The notes below the pieces were generated by a model. The model saw nothing but the letters and a program-made list of their open reading frames with translations. It searched no databases and was not told the origin of the DNA. Shown here one piece after another: positions 1 through 12,336 of a stretch of 64,000 bases of DNA. How positions within the stretch are numbered: position 1 is the first letter of the stretch; each line of letters starts with the position of its first letter. The stretch comes from Eledone cirrhosa (Eukaryota), in the NCBI GenBank assembly GCA_964016885.1, contig OZ024765.1, positions 3,844,001 to 3,908,000 on the forward strand, in the 5' to 3' direction. The translations under genes and the position numbers were made by a program.

Positions 1-143
1 TATATAACGAAGGAAATGTGGTAAGGAACCAGGTGGACCATAACGCACCAAAGTACTCAATACTTGAGGTAGTAGAGTGGGTAATAGGAACCAGTAAGAC
101 CCCGACAGCTGAGCTCAAGCCGTTTCGACGGCTATATATATAT

Positions 144-174
<31 letters not shown>

Positions 175-177
175 CAC

Positions 178-221
<44 letters not shown>

Positions 222-222
222 G

Positions 223-253
<31 letters not shown>

Positions 254-903
254 ATATATATGTGTGTGTGACTCCCGGGTTCAATCGGGGGTAACCACAG
301 TAAATGAAGTACTCAATACATTAGTAGAATCTATACAAAATTTAATATAGAAATGCCTTCTAAGCCTGTATGATTTCTCACTCATGAAACAGTTCTAGTC
401 CTGTAGAGGCCATTTCTATATTATATATTATAGTATATTATATATCACTGAGTTCAAATTCCTTACTGGGTGGATAAAATAAAGTACCAGTAATACACTG
501 GGATAATTGCTGGCCTTGTGCCAAAAGTAGAAACAATTCTATATCATTTATTTATATTCAAACATGGAACCAAAGTGCTGCCTATTGTTCCAGGGCCCAA
601 TATTGACAATATCTCCAGAACGGAAGAGGGGTCGATGTTGTGACTATTCTGAAGATATGGTCAATGTTGGCCCTGAAACCTTAGATGGCTCTTTTGTTCC
701 GTGTCTGAACATGAATAATATAATATAATATAATATAATATAATATAATATAATATAATATAATATACCAGCTCTCTTCCCAATTAGGCACTGGTCTCCT
801 TTTCCTTGTTCACACCTGCGTATATTGCTCCATACACACACGTATCATCATCATCATCATCATCACCGTTTTATGTCTGTTCTTCCATGCTAGCATGGGT
901 TAG

Positions 904-938
<35 letters not shown>

Positions 939-1123
939 TATGTGAAAAGAGTCAGGAGCCTGACGGCTGAGCTCCGGCTGCTAGATACAAACTCTAGCTG
1001 TCGAGGTGACTGGAGCTCAACCGTCGGGGACCTGACTCTTTTCCTGTTACCCACTCCACTACCCAAAGTATCGAGTACTCTGGTGCGTTATGGTCCACCT
1101 GGTTCCTTACCACACTTCCTTTG

Positions 1124-1191
<68 letters not shown>

Positions 1192-1267
1192 GAGATGATA
1201 TATGTGTATATATATTTGTATACACACGCACACACATATATATATATACACACACATATATGTATAT

Positions 1268-1380
<113 letters not shown>

Positions 1381-2149
1381 CACACACACATATATATTTA
1401 TATACACACACATATAGACAGTATACATGTATGTACACACGTAAACTACATAGACACTGACTCATACAGAGAACATCTATTTGGAGAACGAAAAAAAAAA
1501 AAAAAGAAAAATGTCTCCATTGTCATTCTTGTACAGTTCCAGACTGTATTTTCTATCTTCTGTGGCCACTCCTTCCATACCCACCCATGCCCACCTCCAA
1601 TCAATAGTCCCCATTTTCCATCAGCCATTTTTCCCTAACACATCTCACTTCTATCAAGCCCCTATCCATCCAGCCCTCACCTACATAAACCCCACACCCT
1701 ACCATCACATGTTTCATTAATAAAAATTTGTTTAAAAAAACTAACCAATATTTGTGGCTTTATATCTTATCATCATCATCACTGTTTAAAGTCGATTTTC
1801 CACATTAGCATGGGTTAGACGAGTTGCCCATTGTGAGACAAGCCTGGTCCGACGATCAGGGCTGGTTTTGGCTTGGTTTCTACGGCTGGATGCTCTTCCT
1901 AACACCAACAACTTTACAGTGTGGACTGGGTGTTTTTTGTTGTGACACCTACATGACCACTTTACAATGTGGACTGGGTGCTTTTTGTTGTGTCACCTAC
2001 ACGACCACTTTACAATGTGGACTGGGTGCTTTTTGCCCTAACACATAACCACTTTACAGTCTGTGCTAGTTGCTTTTTGTCATGACATCTACACGACCAT
2101 TTTACAGTGTGGACTGGGTGCTTTTTGTTGGTCATCAGAAAATGAGAGG

Positions 2150-2570
2150 TAAGTGTAAAAGCCAAACTCGCTTTCTTCAATTTTGTATTTGTGCCAACCC
2201 TTAACTATGGTCATGAATCTTGTAGGGTTCTTCCAAACGGTCTTTGGAGTAATGTTACTCAATAGAGTGCGTAGTTTGGAGATCAGAGAGTTGCTCCAGG
2301 TAGAGCCACTACTTTTTTGAATTGAGGGATCACAGCTCTGATACTTCAGGCATGTGGTTAGAATGTCTCTGCACAGGTTTTATGGGCAAAATCAACCAGC
2401 TGGAGACCCCCGAGAATACACAGAGAAGCTGTCAGTAAGGTGTTTAGAATGAGAGTAAGTAATGATTTCAGTGAGAAATTCAATATATAGGTAGGTGTTC
2501 ATCATGGCTTTGTACTTAGACCCATCTTATTATAGTTCTGCAGGCCATAACAGAAGAGTTTGGATGCTTT
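2150..2570 (-). mobile_element. Degenerate LINE 3' fragment (CR1/Jockey-like, tentative)
   Basis: Decayed LINE-like 3' sequence; 2275-2370 recurs inverted and duplicated at 7105-7296, so it is a dispersed repeat. Confidence 0.4.
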
Positions 2571-2929
2571 TGATCATATCACAGGCACAACCACATTATA
2601 GGTTAGACAGCTTGCATAACTTAAAACTGCTAATGAATTTACCTTCATAAATACTATATTATTAACATATTGGCTACCAAGCCATGTCTCTCCTTTTGTC
2701 CCAGAGTCACAATATGATTTCATTTGTTTTAGTATGTGCCATAATATATTTTTGCTATATCTGAAGCAAGGATCACACAAAGTGTGGTATTTTACTCTGG
2801 CTGTCCATGGGAACTTCTGTATCTTAACGTATTATAACTGAATTTGTGGAAGACCCTGAAAAGATATTAGAGTCAAACGGGCTCCAAATAAACTTGGTAA
2901 AAATCAAAGTTTTAGTAATTTAAGAAGAC

Positions 2930-3460
2930 AGGACTCTGATATTATAATAACATCTGCAAGCTGACAAGAAACAGCTGGTGGTCTGATGCACACACACACC
3001 TAACTGCATGCTTACCATTTGCATACTCAGTTGCAGAGTACTGTTCACTGGTCTGGGCAGGAGCTTCTATGCCAAGCAAGTTGACACCATCTTCAACAAT
3101 GACAATAGTATGTATGTAGCACACTAAAATCTACACCTACTCATTGGCTGCCTACCATTTCTCATAGAGCTCCTTCTCTCATGTGGCATCAAGAAATGAT
3201 CCATGAAACAGCACTTCTTACCATGTCCAAGTCTGACCTTCCAATCCATGAAGACCTGGAAAATGTTCCCAACATGTGCCTGAAGTCATGCAAACCATCC
3301 TGGGAACCAATGAAGACCCTTCAGGACAATAGCTTTGACCGACCTGAAGGAGGAGTAGTGAAGATCATGGAATGAGTCCAAATTTACCAACCCTGACCTT
3401 GTCACTGACTCCACATCTAAACCAGCCAGCTTTGACCTTCCCAGAAAGCAATGGCAGAGA
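2930..3460 (+). mobile_element. Degenerate RTE-X-like LINE fragment
   Basis: Frameshifted motifs YSVAEYCS.VW, AKQVDT, LPIHEDL, LKS.KPSW, FDLPRKQW, typical of RTE-X ORF2 C-termini. Confidence 0.6.
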
Positions 3461-3559
3461 CAAAATAAATTAAATCAGTCACTGAGGAGGTCACAGAATG
3501 TGTGACAAAAAAGCTTTGACAATAAATAGTAAATACAAATGAAAACCAGTAATGCACTG

Positions 3560-3912
3560 GAGTGTCAAGTGATGCCTGGTTGTATTAGCACCTTGGCCTC
3601 ACCTTATTGAGGTGTTAGGGGTCAGGTGATGCCTGGTTGTTTCAGTGCCTTAGCCATGCCATCACCTCACCTTATTGAGGTATCAGTTGATGCCCGTGAG
3701 GGTGTCTGGTTATTTCTGTGCCTTAGCCTCACCTTCCTGGGGTGTCAGGTGGTGCCTGGTTATTTCTGCGCCTTAGCCTTGCCATCACCTGGTCTTAGAG
3801 GTGTCAGAGGGTACCTAGTGGTTTCTGCGCCTTAACCTCAACCTACTGAGGTGTCAGGTGATGCCTGGTTGTTTCAGCACCTCAGCCTCTCCATCACCCG
3901 TGACAATGCTTG
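3560..3912 (+). repeat. Degenerate ~50-65-bp tandem amplification of a CRE-like 3' fragment
   Basis: Repeated GGTGTCAGGTGATGCCTGGTTGTTTCAGCACCT; the last copy encodes AWLFQHLSLSITRDNA, matching 43125-43175. Confidence 0.65.
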
Positions 3913-4405
3913 TACCCATGGCAAGTATTGGCTTGCTTCAAAGTGTTTAGTTAACCCTGATGATGTGATGTGTGGCCGTTTGTCACACTTGGTGATAAAC
4001 TGCTCCCCATTTTTTCTTCCTTTATTTATTCATCTCTCTTTAATGAGTTCATATTTGTGTTTCCCAACGAGGATAACTTTCCCTTTCATCCTTACGGGGT
4101 CGATAAAATAAAGTACCAGTAATGTACTGGGTATTTGCTGGCCTTGTGCCAAAAGTAGAAACAATTATATTTGTAATGTTATTCTGAACGAATTGCGAGC
4201 AATTTATGTTATTTACGTATTTGTCATGTTATTTACGTATATATTTAAAACATATTTGTAATGTTATTTATACAACTGTGAATAAAAGTTTAAATTAGTA
4301 ACAGAATTTAAACCCAAACCCAACACTAACTATATTTAAAAGGGATGTTTGTCTACATAATTATATATATATACACACACACACATATATATATATATAC
4401 ACATA

Positions 4406-4800
4406 CAACTGGAGCCAGCGGCCCTCGACCGCACAGACGACCAGCGCCCCGACGGAATCACCCTCCTCCCCTTCGGAGCAGGAAGATCCCACAACTGGGC
4501 CGCCACATGTTGTGACACGTTCTCCGCCTCCAACGTAGTCACTTCGGCCACAAACCCCGGCACTGCGGCCCCGCCATGCAGAGGAAAGGAAAACCAGCAT
4601 ATCCCAGGAACTGTCCGACCGCTTCCTCGTTACACCGGTGGCTGTCGAGACCTCAGACAACTCTGTACTGCCGAGCTCCTCTGCTAGATCGGAACGTCAG
4701 CAGCCCTGTCTGAGGAAAGAGCCCTGCGAGGTTTGGTGGCTATTGCAGCGGGTATCGCTGGCCATGTTCGCGAGTATGCTTCTGCGGCCCTGTCCTCGGG
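4406..4800 (+). mobile_element. CRE-like non-LTR retrotransposon restriction-like endonuclease fragment
   Basis: EPAALDRTDDQRPDGITLLPF...W.ATCCDT...PVAVET...LQRVSLA, GC-rich and frameshifted. Confidence 0.7.
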
Positions 4801-5016
4801 GGTACAGCTCCATTACCATTACAGCCCAGAACCCATCACCCTCCCTCTTCTCATATGACCCCAGAGCCCGTGTCTTTCCCCTTCATTTTCTGTTGTTTTT
4901 TTAGAAAAAATGTATTTTCTTATTTGACATTCCATTCTTTCTTCTCATTTAATTAAAAGTGAAATAAATAGTGTAATAAATTAGAACCGATCATAATAAA
5001 AGTATATTTAATTCCA

Positions 5017-5099
5017 ACTTCCGGCAATGTCAGCGAGATTACCCACAATCCTCTGCACCACTTCCTTTCTCCATCCGACTCCATTTGGCGCTAGACAAG
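5017..5099 (+). promoter_or_regulatory. RPSA: RPSA promoter and probable non-coding exon 1 (TCT/5'TOP start)
   Basis: Pyrimidine tract CTTCCTTTCTCC at 5061-5072, typical of ribosomal protein transcription starts. ETS-type ACTTCCGG at 5017-5024 and ZNF143/Staf-like TTACCCACAATCCTCTGCA at 5039-5057. Donor AAG|GTATTT after 5099; acceptor TTTCAG| before 7343. Confidence 0.7.
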
Positions 5100-5661
5100 G
5101 TATTTCATCTCTCTTCACTTTATCTCAATATTTACATGTCTAGACATGGAATTATTTATATTTATTTACTTTATATTGGCGCTTTAGTATCGATCTTCGA
5201 TATTTAGCTTCAGTGATCGGGAATTGTCGCTTTGATTGCTGACAGAAATATTCCTCAACACTCGGACGTTAATGTGAACCACGTGTCTTATGTTGAAATA
5301 TAGTTCAGTGGTCAATTACTGTTAATTGGGTCTATATATATATATTGAAGAGTTAAAACAAAATTCAATGAGTATATCAAAGAATGAGTTTTACAGTAGA
5401 TTGGAAGCACTCTACGGTAAAACAATTTTCCGGAGTTATTAATATTAGAATATAAATATTAATAAAATAGGGTATAAATGTTAAATTTTCTCTTAGGTTA
5501 ATCACTCTTGATTATCTTAACCATATAACATCTCAGGGTATGTCATGTATCGGGTTCAAATCCCTCCAAGGTTAACTTTGCCTTTCATCCTTACGGGGTC
5601 GATAAAATAAAGTACCAGTAATGTACTGGGTAATTGCTGGCCTTGTGTCAAAAGTAGAAAC

Positions 5662-5726
5662 AATTATATTTTGTCTGATGAGGACGTACTGTTGTACATC
5701 CGAAATATGTATAATAAGATGTAATT
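5662..5726 (+). ncRNA. Type I minimal hammerhead ribozyme fold
   Basis: Stem I AATTATATTTTGT/ATAAGATGTAATT, CTGATGA at 5675-5681, stem II GGACGTAC-TGTT-GTACATCC, GAAA, short stem III TATGTA, cleavage triplet AUA (after 5713). Confidence 0.75.
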
Positions 5727-6208
5727 GATCAAAAAAACATCTATTTTATTAATATTTATATTCTAATATATATATATATATAATTAAATATCTAATAAAT
5801 GTATCGATAACATCACATAGTGTATCATCATCACCGTTTTACGTCCGTTCTTCCACGCTAGCATGGGTTAGACGGGTTGTCCTGTTGTGGGCAGTGTCTG
5901 GTCGGCTGACCATGCCTTGCTCATACAGGAACTGATGTGTATATGTATATATAATTAAATATCTAATAAATGTATCGATAACATCACATAGTGTATATGT
6001 ATATCTAATAAATGTATCGATAACATCACATAGTGTATATGTATATATATATAAATATTTAATATAGAAATGGCTTCTACAGGACAGGACTAGAACTGTT
6101 TCATTCGGAGGAAATCATCAGGAAAGAATGAAACAGTTCTAGTCCTGTAGAAGCCATTTCTATATTAAATCTATATACTCTATATTGATTACTTTACTGT
6201 GGTTACCC

Positions 6209-6244
<36 letters not shown>

Positions 6245-6497
6245 TTATATATATCTAATATATGGAAAAGAATGAAACGAAATTTCATTTCTCACTCTTA
6301 GTACGGCTGGTACTTAAATGTAAGTATGTATGTATACGTACATACATATATGTATACAGACGTACAGTAGTATGTATATACATACATGCACACTCATGTA
6401 TATGTACGTATATATATACTATATGAAGGTATCGATGCATATTAGATATAAAAGCCGTGAATATATATATATATATATATACACGCACACATACATA

Positions 6498-6589
6498 CAG
6501 GGTGTCCAAAAAATGTATACACACTTCAACAATTCTAATAAATACTGCCTATCAGGTAATCAAAGGGTACATTTTTTGAGGACCCACTG
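6498..6589. mobile_element. Degenerate Tc1/mariner-type MITE
   Basis: TA|CAGGGTGTCCAAAAAATGTA ... TACATTTTTTGAGGACCCACTG. Confidence 0.5.
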
Positions 6590-7378
6590 TGTGTATATAT
6601 ATTATATAAAATAGATTTTTGCTTCGGTAAATGTCCCTGAGAACTACATTAATGGTATACGTATGTCTCTGGAACACTCAGCCACTTTTACGTTAATTTC
6701 GGGGACTGGTTGTTCCATTGTTTGATTGAACAACTGGAACATTCATCGTCGAGACCGACGGTGGTCCATTCTAGTCGTTTAGATAATTAATTACATAATT
6801 TGGCAGCTACCGTAGCCGTTTGGTTATATCGCTGAGACCTAAGATGGAAGAGTAACATTTATAGAAAGGTACCCGCTGGGGATCCTGGATGTTTTTCAAT
6901 TAATATGACCTCTGATGTCCTCGAAATCGAAGTGGAGGGGAGGGGGCTGCTCACCCCGCCCTCCCATTTAAGTTCATTGCCAGCATGTCAGAGGTCAGAT
7001 TAATTGAAAAATGTAAGGAAAGAAGCCACAGAAAAATATTTTTTTCTTATATTTTCTCTGTATTTAACTGATTTGACCCCCCCACCGACATGCAATCGAC
7101 ACATCCATAGTATCAGAGCTGTGATCTCTCAATTCAGAGAAGTAGCAGCTCTATCTGGAGTGACTCTCTGATCTCCGAGCTACAAATATCTCCAGTGACA
7201 TTCTAACCACATGTCCATAGTATCAGAGCTGTGATCTCTCATTTAGGAGTAGCAGCAGCTCTACCTGGAGTGACTCTCTCATCTCCGAGCTACAAACTTT
7301 ATCTGTAGGTAATCGAATTATTTAACCGTTTTTATCTTTCAGTGTTGCTTACCGTAACTCCCCAAGTAACTAATCAAG

Positions 7379-10300
7379 ATGTCCGGAGGTTTGGATGCCC
7401 TTGCTATGAAGGAGGATGATGTGATGAAGTTTCTAGCTTGTTCCACTCATCTTGGAGCCAACAATGTCGACTTTCAGATGGAACAATATATTTACAAAAG
7501 GAAATCTGAAGGTATGTGTTGTGTTTTCTAATAAATGAGAGAAAAAGGGGGTAAATATGTAGCCCCTTCTTTCCTAAATCATTCCAAGATGTGTGTGTAT
7601 GTAATAATTATTTTGTATAATGTGTCTTTATGAATATGTATCAGTAGGATTACACTGCTGTTTCTATCTGTCTATATATTTACCTGTAGATGTGTGTATG
7701 TAACTAAAGTCTAACGTACGACTAAATGATTTTAACTTGTTTTTTGACAATTACCGTTTTACGTCCATTCTTCCACGCTAGCATGGGTTGTCCTGTTGTG
7801 GGCAATGCCAGGTCAGGTGACTATGTCTCGCTCATACAGAACTGATCTTGGCTTGATTTCTACAGCTGGATGACCTTCCTAACACCAACCTCATTTACAG
7901 TGTGGACTGCGGGCCTTTTTGTCATAAATGTTATAATGCATTGTGTATCTCCGGCTTCAGTTCTTTTAACAGTTGCCGGTCGAAAGCAATGCTACAGTAA
8001 TTATTAGAGGACACTATAATTTATTGATTGCTTGATGTGATCAGGTGATCAGTGTGTCTCTATGACATATATAAGCCAGGTAACATTTGAAGTTTGTTCG
8101 TAAGTGAAAGGCATTCTGCTGTAGAGGACATGTCAAAGTGCCAAAGAGTGTCTTCGATTTGTGTCGAATACACACCAAACTTTATAGTATTAGTCATCAT
8201 TTCATGTCCGCTTTTCCCCTCTTGCAAGGGTGGGACGGGTCCTTTTCAGCGCAGCATCTCCTCTGAAGTCAGCTCTCACCACCTCCACCCATGTTTTTCG
8301 TGGTCTTCCTTCTGCTGCAATAAAACACACCCAGTACACTCTTAAGTGGTTCCATCAAACAAAAGGTTGTGTGGACCGTGTTGCGTCATGGATATAACAA
8401 TCTCTAGTGTTGGTGATCTACTTGATAAATGCACCTAGTACACTGTAAAGTTGTTGCTAAGAAGGGCATCTGTCTGATACACAACCTCTCAAGTGCTGGT
8501 GTTGAGAACATCCAGCTATAGAAAACTCTCTGAAGAGGAGGTAGTGAGGACTCTTTGATTGACTGCAGAAGTATGAGATCCAGCCTGACTTGGTTTGTGA
8601 CAATCCAGCGACCCTTTTGTAGGAGGAAAAACAGGCACTAAATGATGACGGCGAACAAGGCTTTTGAATTGAGAAGTTTGTCGTGGGGCCTGTCATACTA
8701 GTTGCTCCTTTAGAAGGGGAAATGGCCATTAACCCTTTAGCATTTAATCCAGCCAGAATTCTATCACCACTTTCTGTTCAAATCGGTCATAACCAGTTGC
8801 TTATACCAATGTTAAAGTATTGTTCTCTAAATATTATCAAAATTTCATAGATTCAATATGTGAGGTAAAGCCTTGACTGTAAAAATATTAGTATATATAG
8901 AGTAATGTAAATGTTATGTGAGGTAAAGCCTTTACTTTGAAAATACAATAGTAAATATAGAGTAATGTAAGTGCTAAAGGGTTAAAAGGTTTGTTGTAGA
9001 TACATGCTGATGTTATGAAATAGTATTTTGTTAGGGAGTCTGCAATACTAGCTGCTCCTTTAGAAGGGAAAGTTGCTGTAAAAAGCCTGTTGTAGATATA
9101 TACTGATGTTGTGAAATATTTTGTTAGGTACCTATATCATCAACCTGCGTAAAACCTGGGAGAAACTCCTGTTGGCGTCTCGTGCCATTGCTGCTATTGA
9201 GAACCCAGCTGATGTCTGTGTCATCTCTGCACGTCCCTATGGACAAAGGGCTGTACTGAAGTTTGCTTCAGCAACTGGTGCTACACCTATTGCTGGTCGT
9301 TTCACACCTGGTGCTTTCACCAATCAGATTCAGGTGAGTTGCTGTTTCAAATAATTTTGGAAATAATTGGGAGCTTCTAAGGATCTAGTAATATAACATT
9401 CTCTCAGCAATGGTGGAAGGGTTTTACATAAAAATAAACAATTTAAAACCTTTTTTTAATTCCAGAATCAGAGGCAGTTTTAGTATTAAAAGGGTTAATT
9501 TTTTTAATACAAATTCTGCACATTTATACTTGCTAGACTGGTACCACTGTCGTTAAAATCACCTGAGAAACTTTTGTGATACTATTTCATAGGAAGCCAG
9601 CTAGGGCTATGATGGACTGAGGCTCCTAAGAAATGTCCTATGAGCTGCATACAACCTTGTAGAAGGCCAACTAGGCCTACTAGGCCTACACAGGAGGTGT
9701 GAACTGTAAATAACATTTTTTTACGGTGGTTATTTTAGATGAACAGACCTCTGGTACAAGTATCATGTATCACCGGGACCCCTGTCTTTAGAAATCCTAA
9801 TAATCTGAGATACAACCATTTATTAGGTCAACTGAACCTACATAGGTGTGAGCTGTCACTTATTTTTTACACCAGTTATTTCTGATTTTAGTTAAACTGA
9901 TCTCTGAGACCCCTTTTTGGGCCACATAATACTCAATCCTATTTGTCTACACACAAATTGTAAATAATATATAAGTATATTGCTGTGTACTTACAATTAA
10001 TTGTTTCTCTTTTGTATCCTTCAAAACAGAAAGCTTTCCGTGAACCGCGTCTTTTGGTTGTGACGGACCCGAGAACTGATCACCAACCTGTGAATGAGGC
10101 TTCATATGTCAACATCCCAGTTATTGCTCTCTGTAACACAGACTCTCCCCTCAAATACATTGACATTTCTATCCCATGTAACAACAAGGTAAATTGAAAC
10201 TTTTTGTTTTTGTGGTTAAATCATATGTACTGTATTTCCCAGCATCGAAGACGTTGCTTTGTTCCTAGAATAAGTCTTAAAAATCTACCGTGTGTCCTGG

Positions 10301-11487
10301 AGACCGAAGGTTGTTTATTAATTTTTTTTTCTTGTCTATATTAGGGTGCGTCCTTGAGGGCGAAGAAGTGCCTTCGGCGCCGGGAATTAGAGTGATTTAA
10401 TTTTTCCCCTACAAGTCCCTAACTATGTGAGCAGTCCTCTGTTACACCCTCTCTTATTTTTTTTCTTAGTTTGCTAAATGTTTCTGTTTCTGTGGTTAAA
10501 TTTTATTTTAGCCCTTTAGCATTTAAACCTGGTTATCGGCCAGAACTGTCTCACCTCTTTCTGTTCAAACTGTCTGATATAGGAATTTAACCCCCTTTTT
10601 TGTTTATTTTTGTATTGCTTGGCATAACAATGTTTAATCTTTTGTATTTTTGTCTCCAGTCAATCCATTCAATTGGTCTTATGTGGTGGTTGCTGGCGCG
10701 TGAGGTCCTGCGGCTGAGGGGTAACATTAGCCGTGAACATCCTTGGGATGTCATGGTGGATTTGTATTTCTACAGAGACCCTGAAGAGGTAAGTAAACGT
10801 TCTGTAGTGTGAGTGGTGTATGGCCTAGTGGTTGGGGTGTTGGACTACTTGGGTGTGGTGCCTGGTGGTCAGAGTGTTGGGCTCCCTCCTTGATGTGTGG
10901 TGTATGGCCTAGTAGTCAGGGTGTTGGATTATTCTATGGTGCATGTGTGTGACTTAGATAGAACAGGCATGTCAAACATGTAATATAAAATTTTCAAGAT
11001 TAGTTGCCATGTGTAGCTCTTGGGGACCCTCAGTTTGACATGCATGGCTTAGAACCCTTATTGTATATGACAATAGAGCTCTCTCTATAGTATGTATGTA
11101 ATTGATACATCTTTTGTTTTGCAGGCTGAGAAGGAAGAACAAGCTGCCTTGGAGAAGGCTGCTGCCAAAGAAGAGAGCACCGAGGCTTGGCCCGCTGGAG
11201 GAGACCTTGGAAGTGTTGCCCCAGTCGATGTGACTGACTGGGCCCGCGAGACAGCACCAAGTGCCTCTGCTGTGCCGATTCAAGCTTATGGTGCAACTGC
11301 CACCGAAGACTGGGACACAACTGACACAAACTGGTCAGTACCAGCTGCCACTACAACAACGCCAGCTGTACCAGCTGCAGCTGCTGCTGCTGTCCCAGCT
11401 GCTCCTGCTACTACTACTACACCTGCTGCCACTCAGCAATCTACTACCAACCAGCAATGGGGTGGGTCTGCTGATAACTGGAGTTAA
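7379..11487 (+). CDS. RPSA: 40S ribosomal protein SA (uS2 / laminin receptor precursor), complete, 5 coding exons, ~329 aa
   Basis: Exons 7379-7511 ([26 protein letters not shown]...), 9128-9333 ([16 protein letters not shown]...[13 protein letters not shown]), 10030-10188 ([20 protein letters not shown]...IPCNNK), 10660-10788 ([21 protein letters not shown]...FYRDPEE), 11125-11487 (AEKEEQ...TEDWD...DNWS*). All introns GT-AG with consistent phases; total 990 nt. Confidence 0.98.
7937..8070 (+). ncRNA. Intronic box H/ACA snoRNA, SNORA8/snR31-like
   Basis: In RPSA intron 2. Hairpin 1 (GCATTG/CAATGC and CCGGC/GCCGG, pocket TGTATCT...TCGAAAG), H box ACAGTA at 7994-7999, hairpin 2 (TAGAG..ACAC/GTGT..CTCTA), ACA at 8065-8067 plus 3 nt; ~134 nt. 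Confidence 0.75.
8729..8985. mobile_element. piggyBac-like MITE
   Basis: TTAA|CCCTTTAGCA ... TGCTAAAGGG|TTAA termini. Confidence 0.85.
10228..10393. mobile_element. Degenerate Tc1/pogo-type MITE
   Basis: TACTGTATTTCCCAGCATCGAAG ... CTTCGGCGCCGGGAATTAGAGT imperfect TIRs. Confidence 0.55.
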
Positions 11488-11517
11488 ACACCCTCTGCAG
11501 GGGCAATGATGTACCAC

Positions 11518-11523
11518 AATAAA
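11518..11523 (+). terminator. RPSA polyadenylation signal
   Basis: AATAAA 30 nt after the stop codon, followed by a GT/T-rich downstream element (TCTTGTTGTTT). Confidence 0.8.
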
Positions 11524-11612
11524 GATGACATATTCAGATAACTTCTGGTCTTGTTGTTTATTAACCTTTTCATGGCTTCATTTCTCATAGAAATACAGTC
11601 TACTTCAATTAG

Positions 11613-12336
11613 TTAACCCCTTAACATATATACTATTGTATTTTCACAGTAAAGGCTTTACCTTACTCTATATATGCTATTGTATTTTCACAGTAAAGGC
11701 TTTACCTCACATAACATTTACATTACTCTATATATACTATTGTATTTTCACAGTAAAGGCTTTACCTCACATAACATTTACATTACTCTATATATGCTAT
11801 TGTATTTTCACAGTAAAGGCTTTACCTCACATGACATTTACATTACTCTATATATACTATTGTATTTTCACAGTAAAGGCTTTACCTCACATAACATTTA
11901 CATTACTCTATATATACTATTGTATTTTCACAGTAAAGGCTTTACCTCACATAACATTTACATTACTCTATATATGCTATTGTATTTTCACAGTAAAGGC
12001 TTTACCTCACATGACATTTACATTACTCTATATATACTATTGTATTTTCACAGTAAAGGCTTTACCTCACATAACATTTACATTACTCTATATATACTAT
12101 TGTATTTTCACAGTAAAGGCTTTACCTCACATAACATTTACATTACTCTATATATGCTATTGTATTTTCACAGTAAAGGCTTTACCTCACATAGCATTTA
12201 CATTACTCTATATATACTATTGTATTTTCACAGTAAAGGCTTTACTTCACATAATATCGAATCAATGAGATTTTGAGAAAAATACCTTAACATAAGTATG
12301 AGAGAATTGTGGCCGGTTTAAATATTAAAGGGTTAA
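11613..12336. mobile_element. piggyBac-like MITE with ~10 x 60-bp internal satellite
   Basis: TTAACCCCTTAACAT ... ATATTAAAGGGTTAA termini; unit TTTACATTACTCTATATATACTATTGTATTTTCACAGTAAAGGCTTTACCTCACATAACA. Confidence 0.85.

Noticed and set aside
5210-5303. Possible H/ACA snoRNA just after RPSA exon 1 (ACAGAA box, TCAACA/TGTTGA stem)
   Set aside because: It ends in ATA rather than ACA, has no clear pockets, and the first hairpin relies on many G-U pairs.
7105-7296. Two tandem hairpin-plus-ACA units resembling H/ACA snoRNAs
   Set aside because: They are the reverse complement of 2275-2370 within a decayed repeat, so they are duplicated TE fragments; no proper H-box architecture.
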